From Candidatus Altiarchaeota archaeon (GTDB lineage Archaea; Altiarchaeota; Altiarchaeia; IMC4; SCGC-AAA252-I15), in NCBI GenBank assembly GCA_043813075.1, contig JBDRLL010000011.1, positions 1 through 53,071 on the forward strand: 53,071 nucleotides of DNA, in the 5' to 3' direction. Position numbers and translations under genes: made by a program. The notes below the pieces were generated by a model. That model worked only from the letters and a program-made list of their open reading frames with translations. It ran no database searches and was not told the origin of the DNA. Below, one piece after another: positions 19,956-29,640 of this stretch. Positions within the stretch are counted from its first letter, which is position 1; each line of letters starts with the position of its first letter.

Positions 19956-21389
19956 TCAGTAGACGTCGCAGTAGGCCTCGATTATCTCAGTAGTCCTGTC
20001 TATCTGTATGTGTATTTTTGTGAGTATGGTGTCTGAAGTGAACATGTTGACCCTCTGCTGTAGTGTTGCCTTCAGGTCTTTGTAGCTGTACCCCCTTTTC
20101 TGGTCCATGTATTCCTTTACTTCAATCCATGGTTTCAGCAGTTTTGGCTTGTAGGATTTCGGCGACTGCAGTCCTTCGCGTATCACCCTCTTGTACCTCT
20201 CTATCCTCTCCATGTCGTCTTCAACCTCCTGCTTCCTGTACTTCACCTTCCCCCTGCTTTTCGTCGCCCACATCTTGTACTCCTTTAACATGCCCTTCGC
20301 CGTCTTCTCATAGTCTTCCATGAACTCGTCGATGTCCCCTATCCTATCCTCGAAATCGTATTTCCTCACCCAGTAGTGGAATGCCTTGCTGATCTCCCCA
20401 AGCATGTTTGTCGCGTGCTCCTCGTCCCCCGGCAGGTGCCTGAAGTATCCGAAGTCTGCCTGGCTTAGCATGTCGACGCCCACCTTCTTCCACAGCTGGC
20501 ATAGCACACTGGTCTCTATGTCATAGCTGTTGCTGAATTTTATCTCGTTCACAATGTCTCTCGTGAAAGCGCATTCCCCGCTGAACGGGTATCTGAATCC
20601 TTCCAGCCCCTCCATTATCCCCCGTTTCGCAAGTACCTTGAATAATGGCCTTGCCGCGAGCCTAGTGAGTCTTCCGCCAAGCTTGTATCCTCCCTTGATT
20701 TTGTGTTGTCTCTTGTATGTCGCCTTGCTGAATACTATGCTCGACTTCCTGTTACTCTTGTTTTCCACACCCCACCCGTCCAGTATGGGCTTTACGAGCC
20801 CTTTAACGTAGCTGTCGTTGAATGATACTATGTCAGAGTCGACGAAGCATATTATGTCTCCGTAGGTCACTGGTATGCTGAACCACATGTTCGCTCCCTT
20901 GCCTCCGCGCAGGAATTCTATCTCCTCCATGCTGAGTATCTTGTGGTCTAGGAATACCTGGTGCATCTGCGGGTCGACCTGGCTTAGTATCCTGACGCAG
21001 AAGTCGTATCTGCCTTGCATGGCCTTCTGCTTGCCTTCAGGCATGCCTTGGACGAACAAGACCTCGTTCTTGAACGTCTTGCAGTATCTCATCGCCACGG
21101 CCAGTATGTATTCCATAAAATCATAGTCTGGGGTCCCGTCCTCTAGCCTTGAGCCTTCCGCTATCAGTATCTCGTCTATAGCCCCCTTGTCTATGAGCTG
21201 GCAGCACTCGCTCAGAACCTTGTACAAAGCGCGATTGTATTTCGGGTCTTTCTTGTTGAAGGTCGGTATTACGACGGAAATCATGACTGGCCTGTCTCCA
21301 GAGTCGTCTCTAACCTTCTTCTTCAGTTTTAAGGCCTCTATCTGCCTTGACTGAAGCCTTTTAAGCGTCTTGTTGTCTATGTTCCTCAC
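19956..21389 (-). CDS. Glucosyl-3-phosphoglycerate synthase-like GT-A enzyme with N- and C-terminal extensions
   Basis: ISVVIPT, GKGANMW, GDIICFVDSDI, KATY.R, GGRLTRLAARP, P.SGECA and YDIET motifs match the GpgS (GT81) pattern. Confidence 0.75.
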   Translation of the reverse strand: MRNIDNKTLKRLQSRQIEALKLKKKVRDDSGDRPVMISVVIPTFNKKDPKYNRALYKVLSECCQLIDKGAIDEILIAEGSRLEDGTPDYDFMEYILAVAMRYCKTFKNEVLFVQGMPEGKQKAMQGRYDFCVRILSQVDPQMHQVFLDHKILSMEEIEFLRGGKGANMWFSIPVTYGDIICFVDSDIVSFNDSYVKGLVKPILDGWGVENKSNRKSSIVFSKATYKRQHKIKGGYKLGGRLTRLAARPLFKVLAKRGIMEGLEGFRYPFSGECAFTRDIVNEIKFSNSYDIETSVLCQLWKKVGVDMLSQADFGYFRHLPGDEEHATNMLGEISKAFHYWVRKYDFEDRIGDIDEFMEDYEKTAKGMLKEYKMWATKSRGKVKYRKQEVEDDMERIERYKRVIREGLQSPKSYKPKLLKPWIEVKEYMDQKRGYSYKDLKATLQQRVNMFTSDTILTKIHIQIDRTTEIIEAYCDVY

Positions 21390-21440
21390 AGAATACCCAC
21401 CCCATCAGAGTATTCTATTAGTTTATAATATATAAATGGT

Positions 21441-22748
21441 TCAGTCTTTTGGCGTTAGGATTACCCTAAGGTCGTTCACGTTCGTCCCAGTCTCCCCTGT
21501 GTAGACTAGCGCACCGGTTTTACGGAAGAATTCATGGGAATTGTTGTGGGAAAGGTATTCTCCAGCGTCAAGACCGTGTCCTTTAAGGGAATTGTCTGCG
21601 ATGGCTCCGGCAGCGTCAGTGAAACCGTCTATCCCGTCGGTGTCGACAGCGCACACGGTGAAATCCGTCTTACATGCTTCCAGGAATCCTAGGACGTATT
21701 CCTGGTTCCTGCCCCCCATCCCACTGCCTGTCAAAGTCACTGAAGTCTCCCCGCCGGACACGAGGCAGGTGGCTTTACCCACACCTTCCAGCATCCTGGC
21801 GTGTTTCGCTGCGAGTGTCCGTGATTCCCCGTATTCCTCGCCCAAGTCCACTGTGTTATAGCCGAGTTCCCCTGCCTTATCCAGCGCAGCCTTCCTGGCC
21901 TGCCTGTTGCCGCCTATGACCTGGTTCACCACCCTGTTGAAGGATTGGTCACCTCCCTTGGGGTTTTCACTTAAAAGCCCTTTGACTCCGTCGTCAAGCC
22001 TCCTTCCTATGCTTTCCGGGATTTTGTTCCATAGCCCATAGTCTCTGAGTATCCTGACGGAATCACTGAACGTTGATTCGTCAGGGCATGTGGGGCCAGA
22101 GGCTATCACATCAAGCCTGTCTCCGACAACATCGGATATTACGAGTGATAGCACGCTGGCTTTACCGCAGTATTTCAGTAGACCACCACCCTTCAATTCA
22201 TCCAAGTGTTTTCGGACGGCGTTGAACTCATCTATTGAAGCCCCTGAGTTTAACAGCATCCTGCTTACGCTAACATAGTCTTCCAGGCTGACGCCGTCAG
22301 CCGGCTTTGTGAGGAGTGCGGAGCCGCCACCAGAAATCAGGCAGATTATTATGTCTCCCTCGCCAGCATCATTCAAGTATCCAATCAGTCTCTCTGAAGC
22401 CCTCACATTAGCATCCGAGACTATAGGATGGCTTCCAGTTAACACACTTATCCTCCTGCACCCAGGATCCCTCTTAGATATCACCACCCCCCCCTCAATG
22501 TACTCTCCTAGATTCTCCTCCAGGAATAAGGCCATGCTTGCAGACGCCTTCCCGAAACCCACCACAAAAACCCTAGCGTACTCCCCTAGGTCATAGCGGC
22601 TACTGCCTGCATTAATAACACCCTCCTCAATCAGGCCGGACATCAGGTTCTCAACGAGGCTTGCCTTAATGCCTGCCTCGATTATCCCTATGGCGTCCTT
22701 CCTTGAATTATCGCCCCCGATGATGGAGTCCATGTCCCGTATGATCAT
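21441..22748 (-). CDS. Glycerate kinase, MOFRL/TtuD family
   Basis: GFGKAS, HP, LISGGGSAL, RKHL..LKGG, SDVVGD..IASGPT, GGETSV, GGRNQE, DTDGIDG and TGTNVND motifs. Confidence 0.93.
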   Translation of the reverse strand: MIIRDMDSIIGGDNSRKDAIGIIEAGIKASLVENLMSGLIEEGVINAGSSRYDLGEYARVFVVGFGKASASMALFLEENLGEYIEGGVVISKRDPGCRRISVLTGSHPIVSDANVRASERLIGYLNDAGEGDIIICLISGGGSALLTKPADGVSLEDYVSVSRMLLNSGASIDEFNAVRKHLDELKGGGLLKYCGKASVLSLVISDVVGDRLDVIASGPTCPDESTFSDSVRILRDYGLWNKIPESIGRRLDDGVKGLLSENPKGGDQSFNRVVNQVIGGNRQARKAALDKAGELGYNTVDLGEEYGESRTLAAKHARMLEGVGKATCLVSGGETSVTLTGSGMGGRNQEYVLGFLEACKTDFTVCAVDTDGIDGFTDAAGAIADNSLKGHGLDAGEYLSHNNSHEFFRKTGALVYTGETGTNVNDLRVILTPKD

Positions 22749-22798
22749 TAATCCCACACCCAGCTGTAGGTAAATATAATCCCTGTTTAATATATCCT

Positions 22799-23716
22799 AT
22801 GCCCTCACTGACCGAGGATACTAGGATCGTCTTCACTGCCGCAATACTCTTTGCTATCGCTTATCCCGGTCTTGCCGGCCCGCTTAAGTGGGCTCTAACA
22901 CCTTCCCTTGTGGTGGCGATGACTCTTGCCTTGAGGGGTATAGATTACGCTGGACTGAGCTTGAGTGGCGTCCGGTCTCACGTAATCAAGTCTCTCGCCC
23001 TACACTACATACTGCTGAACCTGCTGATACTGCTGTCGGCATACTATCTAATCGAGGATCCAGAATACCTGGCGGGATTCATAATAATGGCTGCGATACC
23101 TCCAGCGGTTTCGACAGTCCCATTCACATTCCTGCTCAACGGCGACACCCGGCTTTCGGCTGTAACCGAAGTATCAGCCTACATTCTATCACTCTTCTAC
23201 ACCCCCCTCCTGATATTCACGCTACTGGAAGGCAGTATTGAGGTATCCTATCTTATACAGCTTCTCGCGGTGCTGATAATGTTCCCCCTGGTTTTATCGC
23301 GTCTACTAGCCAAATCCGAGTGCAGGATATGGGCTTCCAGCAAGTCGGTGATAACCCTGCTTTTCGGCCTCATAACCTACGTCATACTCGGCTTGAACCA
23401 TGACTTAATAACGTCAGACCCTCTTTCCCTCACACCCGTGGTCACTGTGGTATTCATACGTACGATGCTCATAGGGTCGCTGGTATACTATGCCACGCGT
23501 AAGACGGGGCCTGCAGCAATAACCTACACCCTGTTCTCATCCTACAAGAACAACGGGGCTGCAGCAGTCATAGCCATACTACTACTGTCAGTCAAGTCTT
23601 CCATGCCAATGGCTTTCGCGGCAATATTCGAGCCCGTCTTCATCATAATACTCCAAAACATCACTGGAGTAAGAAGCCAAAAAATCAATAAACTGGCCCC
23701 CTCAAATACCACTTAA
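22799..23716 (+). CDS. Bile acid:sodium symporter (BASS) family transporter
   Basis: About 9-10 TMs; AAIPPAVS..PFT.LLNGD and SYKNNG motifs. Confidence 0.75.
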   Translation: MPSLTEDTRIVFTAAILFAIAYPGLAGPLKWALTPSLVVAMTLALRGIDYAGLSLSGVRSHVIKSLALHYILLNLLILLSAYYLIEDPEYLAGFIIMAAIPPAVSTVPFTFLLNGDTRLSAVTEVSAYILSLFYTPLLIFTLLEGSIEVSYLIQLLAVLIMFPLVLSRLLAKSECRIWASSKSVITLLFGLITYVILGLNHDLITSDPLSLTPVVTVVFIRTMLIGSLVYYATRKTGPAAITYTLFSSYKNNGAAAVIAILLLSVKSSMPMAFAAIFEPVFIIILQNITGVRSQKINKLAPSNTT

Positions 23717-23741
23717 CTACTTATTTACAATAACACTAAGC

Positions 23742-24854
23742 ATGAACCAGAAATATCCCCGCGCATTCCACCACCTACTCCAACATCCCATGCAGATACC
23801 ATCATTTTACCGTTTTATGACTGGCTTTAAGGGAAATAGTCACTACTATCGCCTAGATGATGGCATGGCACCCCCGCCCATGGTTATTGTATTAAGGCCA
23901 ACCTACAGGTGCAATTTAAAGTGCATTATGTGCGATATATGGAAAAAATATCAGGGCACTGGTCTGCAAAACGCTATGGAAGAACTTTCGACAGACGATT
24001 ACACGTCATTCATCGATCAGGTCTCAAAGTTCAAACCCCACCTTCATTTTAGTGGTGGAGAGCCTTTGCTGCGCGATGACATTCATCATCTCATTAAACA
24101 CGCGTCAGACAAAAATCTCATGACAAGCATAAACACTAACGGCCTTATACTCAAAAAAAACGCGGAAAAACTAGTGGATCATGGGGTTCACCTCATCTAC
24201 GCTAGTATTGATGGTCCTGAGGAGATACATGATACAATACGTGGAACTAGAGGTTCTTTTAAAAAGATAACGGATGGCGTGAAAAAAGTCATTGATTATC
24301 GTGAAAAAACTGGTAGTTCACTTCCCCTCATCCAAGTCCAGTCAGTTATAATGACAGAGAACCATCATCTCCTCTCAGAAACCGCTAAAATAGTGGGCCG
24401 GCTTGGTGTTGATAATTATTCACTGTTTCTACTTGACTACCGTGCTACCAGCTCAGATGAGGATCCCTTGTGGACTAGGGAAAAACCACCTTATCATTCA
24501 ATAGATACCAACTTAATCGAAGAACAGGTTAAATCCATTTCCGAATCAAATCATGGTTTTAACTTTAGGCCATATCCTCAACATAACAATCCTTCATTTA
24601 ATATACATGATTATTTCAATGATCCTTGGAATAATAGGTCCTGTCTTGGGTGTAATGTACCCTGGACTTATTCTGACATACAGCCTAATGGTGACGTTTA
24701 TTTCTGTTCTAACATGTATGCTCGTGTTGGTAACATATCCGATCAGGATTTCATGGATATATGGAATGGTACTGATTATTCTCAACTAAGACAGAGGCTT
24801 GTTGGAAAAAATCTTAATTCACCCATTGTTTGTGGACGCAAGAGAACAGGATGA
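23742..24854 (+). CDS. Radical SAM protein with SPASM/Twitch-type C-terminus
   Basis: CNLKCIMC, SGGEP, NTNG, SIDG, CNVPW and GDVYFC motifs. Lower GC than its neighbours. Confidence 0.9.
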   Translation: MNQKYPRAFHHLLQHPMQIPSFYRFMTGFKGNSHYYRLDDGMAPPPMVIVLRPTYRCNLKCIMCDIWKKYQGTGLQNAMEELSTDDYTSFIDQVSKFKPHLHFSGGEPLLRDDIHHLIKHASDKNLMTSINTNGLILKKNAEKLVDHGVHLIYASIDGPEEIHDTIRGTRGSFKKITDGVKKVIDYREKTGSSLPLIQVQSVIMTENHHLLSETAKIVGRLGVDNYSLFLLDYRATSSDEDPLWTREKPPYHSIDTNLIEEQVKSISESNHGFNFRPYPQHNNPSFNIHDYFNDPWNNRSCLGCNVPWTYSDIQPNGDVYFCSNMYARVGNISDQDFMDIWNGTDYSQLRQRLVGKNLNSPIVCGRKRTG

Positions 24855-24862
24855 GAGAGTAA

Positions 24863-25450
24863 TCAAAGGTTCTTTGAGATCACGAATCCTATGACCATGC
24901 CCTGGGAGTCCGCGCTCTGGAATGCGAGCACATTCACCTGATCCCCGACCTGCAGGCCAGAGCCTATCACCTGCATCTCAACAGACGATAATTCCCCCTT
25001 GTACACGTCGTATATGGTGTATCCGCCTGCCATGTTCACTGAACCCCTTATCTCTTTTTCAGCGTTCTTCCTGTCGTTAACGTCAAAACGCATGAGGATG
25101 TATTCGTTAGTCAACTCTACCATAGTGTCTGTTATGTCTGTCGAGTTCATCGCAGAGACCTGCTCCACAAGGTCTGTGGTCACGTCAGCCTGGTTGTTGG
25201 GCAGCAGGACAATCTGGTTAACCAAACCCGTAATGCTCGCAACCTCCTCTCCCGCTCCGACCGGGACGACGGAATACCTTAATATCGGGGCTTCAATGCC
25301 TGTCCCGCCTGTTGGGTTGGCCGGCTGGTTGCTGTAGCTGAAGAAGGATAGCGCCGACAGAATCATTATCCCTCCTATTGCTAGGATCCATATCCTGGTG
25401 TTCTTGGACTTCTTCCTCCCTGCTTTTTTACCCTTCATTTTCCCCGCCAT
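24863..25450 (-). CDS. Hypothetical membrane-anchored protein
   Basis: Start revised to ATG 25450. Lys-rich N-terminus, one TM, then an extracellular domain. Confidence 0.7.
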   Translation of the reverse strand: MAGKMKGKKAGRKKSKNTRIWILAIGGIMILSALSFFSYSNQPANPTGGTGIEAPILRYSVVPVGAGEEVASITGLVNQIVLLPNNQADVTTDLVEQVSAMNSTDITDTMVELTNEYILMRFDVNDRKNAEKEIRGSVNMAGGYTIYDVYKGELSSVEMQVIGSGLQVGDQVNVLAFQSADSQGMVIGFVISKNL

Positions 25451-25506
25451 CCTGAATCTATGGTATTTATTAAAGTAAGTATTAAATCTTAAAACCGATT
25501 CCAAAA

Positions 25507-26196
25507 ATGGATTTCATAAAGATATCGTATACCGGCAGGATTAAGGATGGTGGCGTCTTCGACACCACTGACCGTTCCGTTGCTGAGAAGGAGGGCATAT
25601 TCGACAAAAACAGGGTATACCAGCCTCTGAGTGTTGTAGTGGGTTCCGGCCAGCTTGTCAAGGGTCTGGATGAGTCGCTGAAGGGCATGAATGTTGGTGT
25701 GGGTAAGAAGGTTGAGGTAAAGCCTGAGGACGGTTACGGCAGCCGCAGTCCAGAGATGGTCCGCCTCATCCCAATGAAGTTCTTCAAGCAGCAGAAAATC
25801 AATCCGATACCCGGCATGCCTGTTGAAATCGACGGGATGCCCGGTAGGGTGCAGACTGTCGCCGGCGGCAGGGTCCGCGTAGACTTCAATTCAGAGCTTG
25901 CCGGCAAGACGCTAGTATTCGACGTTAAGGTCGAGGCGAAGGCTTCTTCAGAGAGCGATAAGGTGTCATTCCTTCTTGAAAGGAGTTTTGGCTCAGCAAG
26001 TGAAGTCAAGACGAGTCTGTCAGCAAAGAAGCTAATGGTGAAACTGCCGGAGGAAGTGCAGAGGGATAGGAACCTCTTGGCGAGGAAGGCTTCTTTCACG
26101 GCGGACTGCTTCAAGCATCTCGGCTTGAGTGAAGTCACTTTCGAGGAGTCATGGAAGAATCCCGAATCTTCCGAGAAGCCTGTAAAGAAGAAGTAG
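25507..26196 (+). CDS. slyD: FKBP-type peptidyl-prolyl isomerase, long archaeal SlyD type
   Basis: YTGRI, VFDTT, GLDE.L, PEDGYG.R and GRVRVDFN.ELAGKTL motifs. Confidence 0.9.
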   Translation: MDFIKISYTGRIKDGGVFDTTDRSVAEKEGIFDKNRVYQPLSVVVGSGQLVKGLDESLKGMNVGVGKKVEVKPEDGYGSRSPEMVRLIPMKFFKQQKINPIPGMPVEIDGMPGRVQTVAGGRVRVDFNSELAGKTLVFDVKVEAKASSESDKVSFLLERSFGSASEVKTSLSAKKLMVKLPEEVQRDRNLLARKASFTADCFKHLGLSEVTFEESWKNPESSEKPVKKK

Positions 26197-26231
26197 TCTG
26201 ATTCTTTTAGCATAAAATCCTGGTTTTTACC

Positions 26232-26897
26232 ATGAAGACGCTTCACGTGCCCTGCTACTCCCTGTCAGACCCTCTGCCACTACTACGTGAAAACATGGGG
26301 GTGTTGGGCGACTATCCTTCGATAGGTATTGTCTCAACCGCACAGCATTTGGACCGTATCCCTGCTGTCCGTGAACTATTGGAGTCTAATGGGAAACAAG
26401 TCTTTGACGCCGGTCAGATACTTGGCTGCAGGAGGGATAATGCACGTGGATTATACTCTACAGTCGACTGCTTCCTATACGTCGGTTCAGGCAGGTTCCA
26501 TCCACTGGGAATCGCAATCGAGTCTGATCGTCCAGTGTTCATACTCAACCCGCTTTCAGGCGTGATGGACGAGGTCTCCGGGGAGGAGAAGAGACGCTGG
26601 CTTAAGCGCAGGAAAACCCGGTTTGGCAGGGCCGCTGGAGCACGTGTGTTCGGGGTCTTGGTCTCCACAAAGGATGGCCAGTTCAACATAGCGCGGGCTT
26701 TTGAGGTTACGGGCATGCTTAAGTCGCGCGGTTTTAAGGCATTCATATTCTCTGGAGACGAGCTTACCCCCAACAGCCTACTCCCCTTTCCTGTTGACTG
26801 CTGGGTTAACACAGCGTGCACCCGGCTGGTTGATGACGAGTTCGACAAGCCGGTCGTCAATCCAGACGAGTTGAAAGAGATTTTTAGCCTGAATTAG
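26232..26897 (+). CDS. dph2: Diphthamide synthesis Dph2-like protein lacking the N-terminal domain
   Basis: STAQH, GQILGC, GSGRFH, STKDGQ and NTACTRL motifs. Only 221 aa. Confidence 0.8.
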   Translation: MKTLHVPCYSLSDPLPLLRENMGVLGDYPSIGIVSTAQHLDRIPAVRELLESNGKQVFDAGQILGCRRDNARGLYSTVDCFLYVGSGRFHPLGIAIESDRPVFILNPLSGVMDEVSGEEKRRWLKRRKTRFGRAAGARVFGVLVSTKDGQFNIARAFEVTGMLKSRGFKAFIFSGDELTPNSLLPFPVDCWVNTACTRLVDDEFDKPVVNPDELKEIFSLN

Positions 26898-26907
26898 AAT
26901 CAATTAC

Positions 26908-28266
26908 ATGCATTTTAAAATCATTCTCCTATCCCTATTACTCCTCACCGCTGCACTGGTCCTGCTTATCCCCCCCGAACCTGTTGAGGTTGGCAAGGAA
27001 GCGAAACAACCAGCGGTTGATGAGAAAAAAGTTATTGAAGACCAGGTGCCGCGCAAGTCGAATGTGGTCATCATACTCGTCGATACTCTGAGGGCCGACC
27101 ACCTAGGTTACATGGGGTACATGAACATATCGCCGAACATCGACGCTCTTGCTGGTGATGGTGTAGTATTCGAGAATGCTTTTTCACAGTCCTCGTGGAC
27201 CAATCCGGCGATCGCATCCCTCTTCACCGGCCTCATACCCTCCCGGCACGGTTATTACATCCACAATGAATTGAGTGAAAACGTAACGACCCTTGCGCAG
27301 GCACTTAATGATGGCGGCTACTCTACTATCGGCCTGCAGGCTCACTGGTGGTTCAAGCACAACAACTCTGTTAACCGCGGTTTTGACGAGTATGACGTGT
27401 GGGAGTTCGCTAAGGCGAGGAGGATAATCACTCGACTCCCAAAGGCGCTTGATTCCGTGATGTCCTCCAACTTTTTCATGTACATACACCTCATAGACCC
27501 TCACATACTCTACTACCGCCATAACATCTCGAAGGGTATTTATTCCAAGGAATGCAGGGAGCAGGCCAAGAGGATACCCTTGTTGTACCGTCATCAGATA
27601 TTGAAGAAACTTGATGAGTTCGACATGAAGTGTATGGTGGAATTGTATGATGGGGAGATAATGTACACTGACTATTATGTCGGCGAGATAATGCGGGAGC
27701 TTAAGGAGAGGGACTTGTACGACAACACGCTCATAGTCCTGGTGGCAGACCATGGCGAGGAGTTCATGGATCACGGCTCCTTCGAGCACGGCCACACGCA
27801 ATACAATGAGCTGCTTCACATACCACTCATCATGAAGTTCCCTTCAGTCAAGCCTGCTAGGGTGAATTCTATGGCGCGGATTGTTGACGTCATGCCGACG
27901 GTACTCGCCTATGTTGGTGTTGGCTATGACCATGATATTGACGGTGTTGACTTGATGCCCGCAGTCCTGTCTGAGGCCTCTAGGAGCACTTACTCTCTGG
28001 CGGAATTCAACTTCTATAATGGCGAGTTGAAGTCAATACAGAACCTCAGGTGGAAGCTTATGGTCAACCCTGAGACAGGAGGGACGATGCTGTTCGACTT
28101 GAAGAACGATCCCGGAGAGTTGAATCCTGTTGAAAACAAGTCGATCGAGTTATTACTGCAGTCTAGGATGGATTCCTACCTGGAGAAAACCAGGCATGAC
28201 TCTAGGAAAATAGAGCTGGATGATAAGCAGCGCGATAAACTGAGGAGGATAGGCTACATATTCTGA
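26908..28266 (+). CDS. Membrane-anchored sulfatase-like hydrolase/transferase, Thr nucleophile
   Basis: N-terminal TM, VDTLRADH, SSWTNPAIASLFTG, HLIDPH, ADHGEEF..HG...HG and LRRIGY. Confidence 0.85.
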   Translation: MHFKIILLSLLLLTAALVLLIPPEPVEVGKEAKQPAVDEKKVIEDQVPRKSNVVIILVDTLRADHLGYMGYMNISPNIDALAGDGVVFENAFSQSSWTNPAIASLFTGLIPSRHGYYIHNELSENVTTLAQALNDGGYSTIGLQAHWWFKHNNSVNRGFDEYDVWEFAKARRIITRLPKALDSVMSSNFFMYIHLIDPHILYYRHNISKGIYSKECREQAKRIPLLYRHQILKKLDEFDMKCMVELYDGEIMYTDYYVGEIMRELKERDLYDNTLIVLVADHGEEFMDHGSFEHGHTQYNELLHIPLIMKFPSVKPARVNSMARIVDVMPTVLAYVGVGYDHDIDGVDLMPAVLSEASRSTYSLAEFNFYNGELKSIQNLRWKLMVNPETGGTMLFDLKNDPGELNPVENKSIELLLQSRMDSYLEKTRHDSRKIELDDKQRDKLRRIGYIF

Positions 28267-28270
28267 AGTC

Positions 28271-28723
28271 TCATAGTATGTCTATGCCGTGTTGTTCCTT
28301 CACCACGTTCAAAACCATCATGGTGTACGTCCTGTCCACGTTTGGCATTCCAGTCAGCTTCTTCACGAACCCGTTCAGCCCGTTCCTGTCCTTGAATTTC
28401 GCGACTATGATCGCGTCATACTGGCCGGTCACGTCGTATACTGCTGAGACGGAGGGTTCTCTTGAAATCTTTTCCTCCACTTCCGGGAGATGACCGCCCT
28501 TAACGACTATCCCGATTACCGTGCTAAGGTCGTACCCTATCTTACTGTAGTCTACCTGCGCCATGAAGCCGGTGATTATGCCGTTTTTCTTAAGGTTGTT
28601 GACGTGATTGTATACTGTGCCTTCCGCGACACCAAGTTTTCCGGCAAGCTCGCGAAAGCTCTGTCTCGCATCCTCCCTCAATTCTGATATAATCTTCAAG
28701 TCAATGTCATCCAGGTTAGCCAT
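28271..28723 (-). CDS. Lrp/AsnC transcriptional regulator
   Basis: LDDIDLKII..L..DAR.SF HTH followed by a RAM domain with YDVTGQYD. Confidence 0.95.
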   Translation of the reverse strand: MANLDDIDLKIISELREDARQSFRELAGKLGVAEGTVYNHVNNLKKNGIITGFMAQVDYSKIGYDLSTVIGIVVKGGHLPEVEEKISREPSVSAVYDVTGQYDAIIVAKFKDRNGLNGFVKKLTGMPNVDRTYTMMVLNVVKEQHGIDIL

Positions 28724-28745
28724 TTAATCACCAAAAAGATGTTAT

Positions 28746-28807
28746 GTTGAATATATGTTCAACTACAAATATAAATTATAGTGGGTATTACCTACATGTA
28801 ACATGTA
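28746..28807. promoter_or_regulatory. Two palindromes in the Lrp/nadE divergent promoter
   Basis: GTTGAA-N6-TTCAAC (28746-28763) and TACATGT-A-ACATGTA (28793-28807) flank TATAAATTATA. Confidence 0.45.
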
Positions 28808-29595
28808 TGATGGATGGGCTTGTCTTAACTGGGGCTGAGCTGGAGTCTGCCCTTTCGGAAGCGGTTGATTCGATAAGGAATATAGTCTCCAAGACCGGCA
28901 GGAAGGGCGTGGTTTACGGTCTTAGCGGCGGCATAGACTCGGCGCTGGTATGCAAGCTGGCTTCTGAAGCAGGTGTTGACGCTCACGCACTCATAATGCC
29001 TGAGGAAGGCCTCACAGACCCGGAGTGTGTCGGGGATGCTGTTTGTTTGGCGGAGAGTCTTGGCGTGAAGCATACTATACTCCCCATAAATGATATCCTC
29101 GAGTCTTTCCGCAGGTCTTTCCCCCATGGGGTGGATAAGCTATCTTGGGGCAATGTTAAGGCGAGGACGAGGATGGTGCTAAACTACTTGACTGCAAACA
29201 TTGAGGATAGGATAGTCCTCGGCACCGGCAACAAGACCGAGCTGCTCCTCGGCTACTACACGAAATACGGTGATGGTGGGGTGGATTTCCTGCCTATAGG
29301 CAGTTTGTACAAGACGCAGGTAAGACAGCTTTCAAGGCACGTTGGCCTGCCTGAGAAGATAATCTGCAAGCAGCCTTCCGCAGGACTATGGGCCGGCCAG
29401 ACGGATGAGGGTGAGTTGGGTATCGACTACGAGAAGTTGGACGCGGTTCTGTTGAATATGGTCGACCTGCAGGTTTCAGTCGGCGAGGCGTCAGCTAGGA
29501 CCGGGGTTCCGGAGGATAAAATAAAGTCTCTTCTTGAGAGGGTGAAGTCTAACAGGCACAAGATTGACGGCCCTGAAATACCTGGCCTACTTTAA
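28807..29595 (+). CDS. nadE: NH3-dependent NAD+ synthetase
   Basis: GLSGGIDS, GNVKARTRM, GTGNKTE, GYYTKYGDG, LYKTQV and PSAGLWAGQTDE motifs. Start revised to ATG 28807/28810. Confidence 0.95.
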   Translation: MMDGLVLTGAELESALSEAVDSIRNIVSKTGRKGVVYGLSGGIDSALVCKLASEAGVDAHALIMPEEGLTDPECVGDAVCLAESLGVKHTILPINDILESFRRSFPHGVDKLSWGNVKARTRMVLNYLTANIEDRIVLGTGNKTELLLGYYTKYGDGGVDFLPIGSLYKTQVRQLSRHVGLPEKIICKQPSAGLWAGQTDEGELGIDYEKLDAVLLNMVDLQVSVGEASARTGVPEDKIKSLLERVKSNRHKIDGPEIPGLL

Positions 29596-29640
29596 AAGAA
29601 ATCCCTATTATTATATACTCTAAACTATCATGGTGTTTTG

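Noticed and set aside
24852-24900. Selenocysteine or readthrough at the radical SAM TGA
   Set aside because: The TGA is not at a Cys-motif position, readthrough runs into the convergent gene without restoring a Cys motif, and no SECIS-like element is evident.
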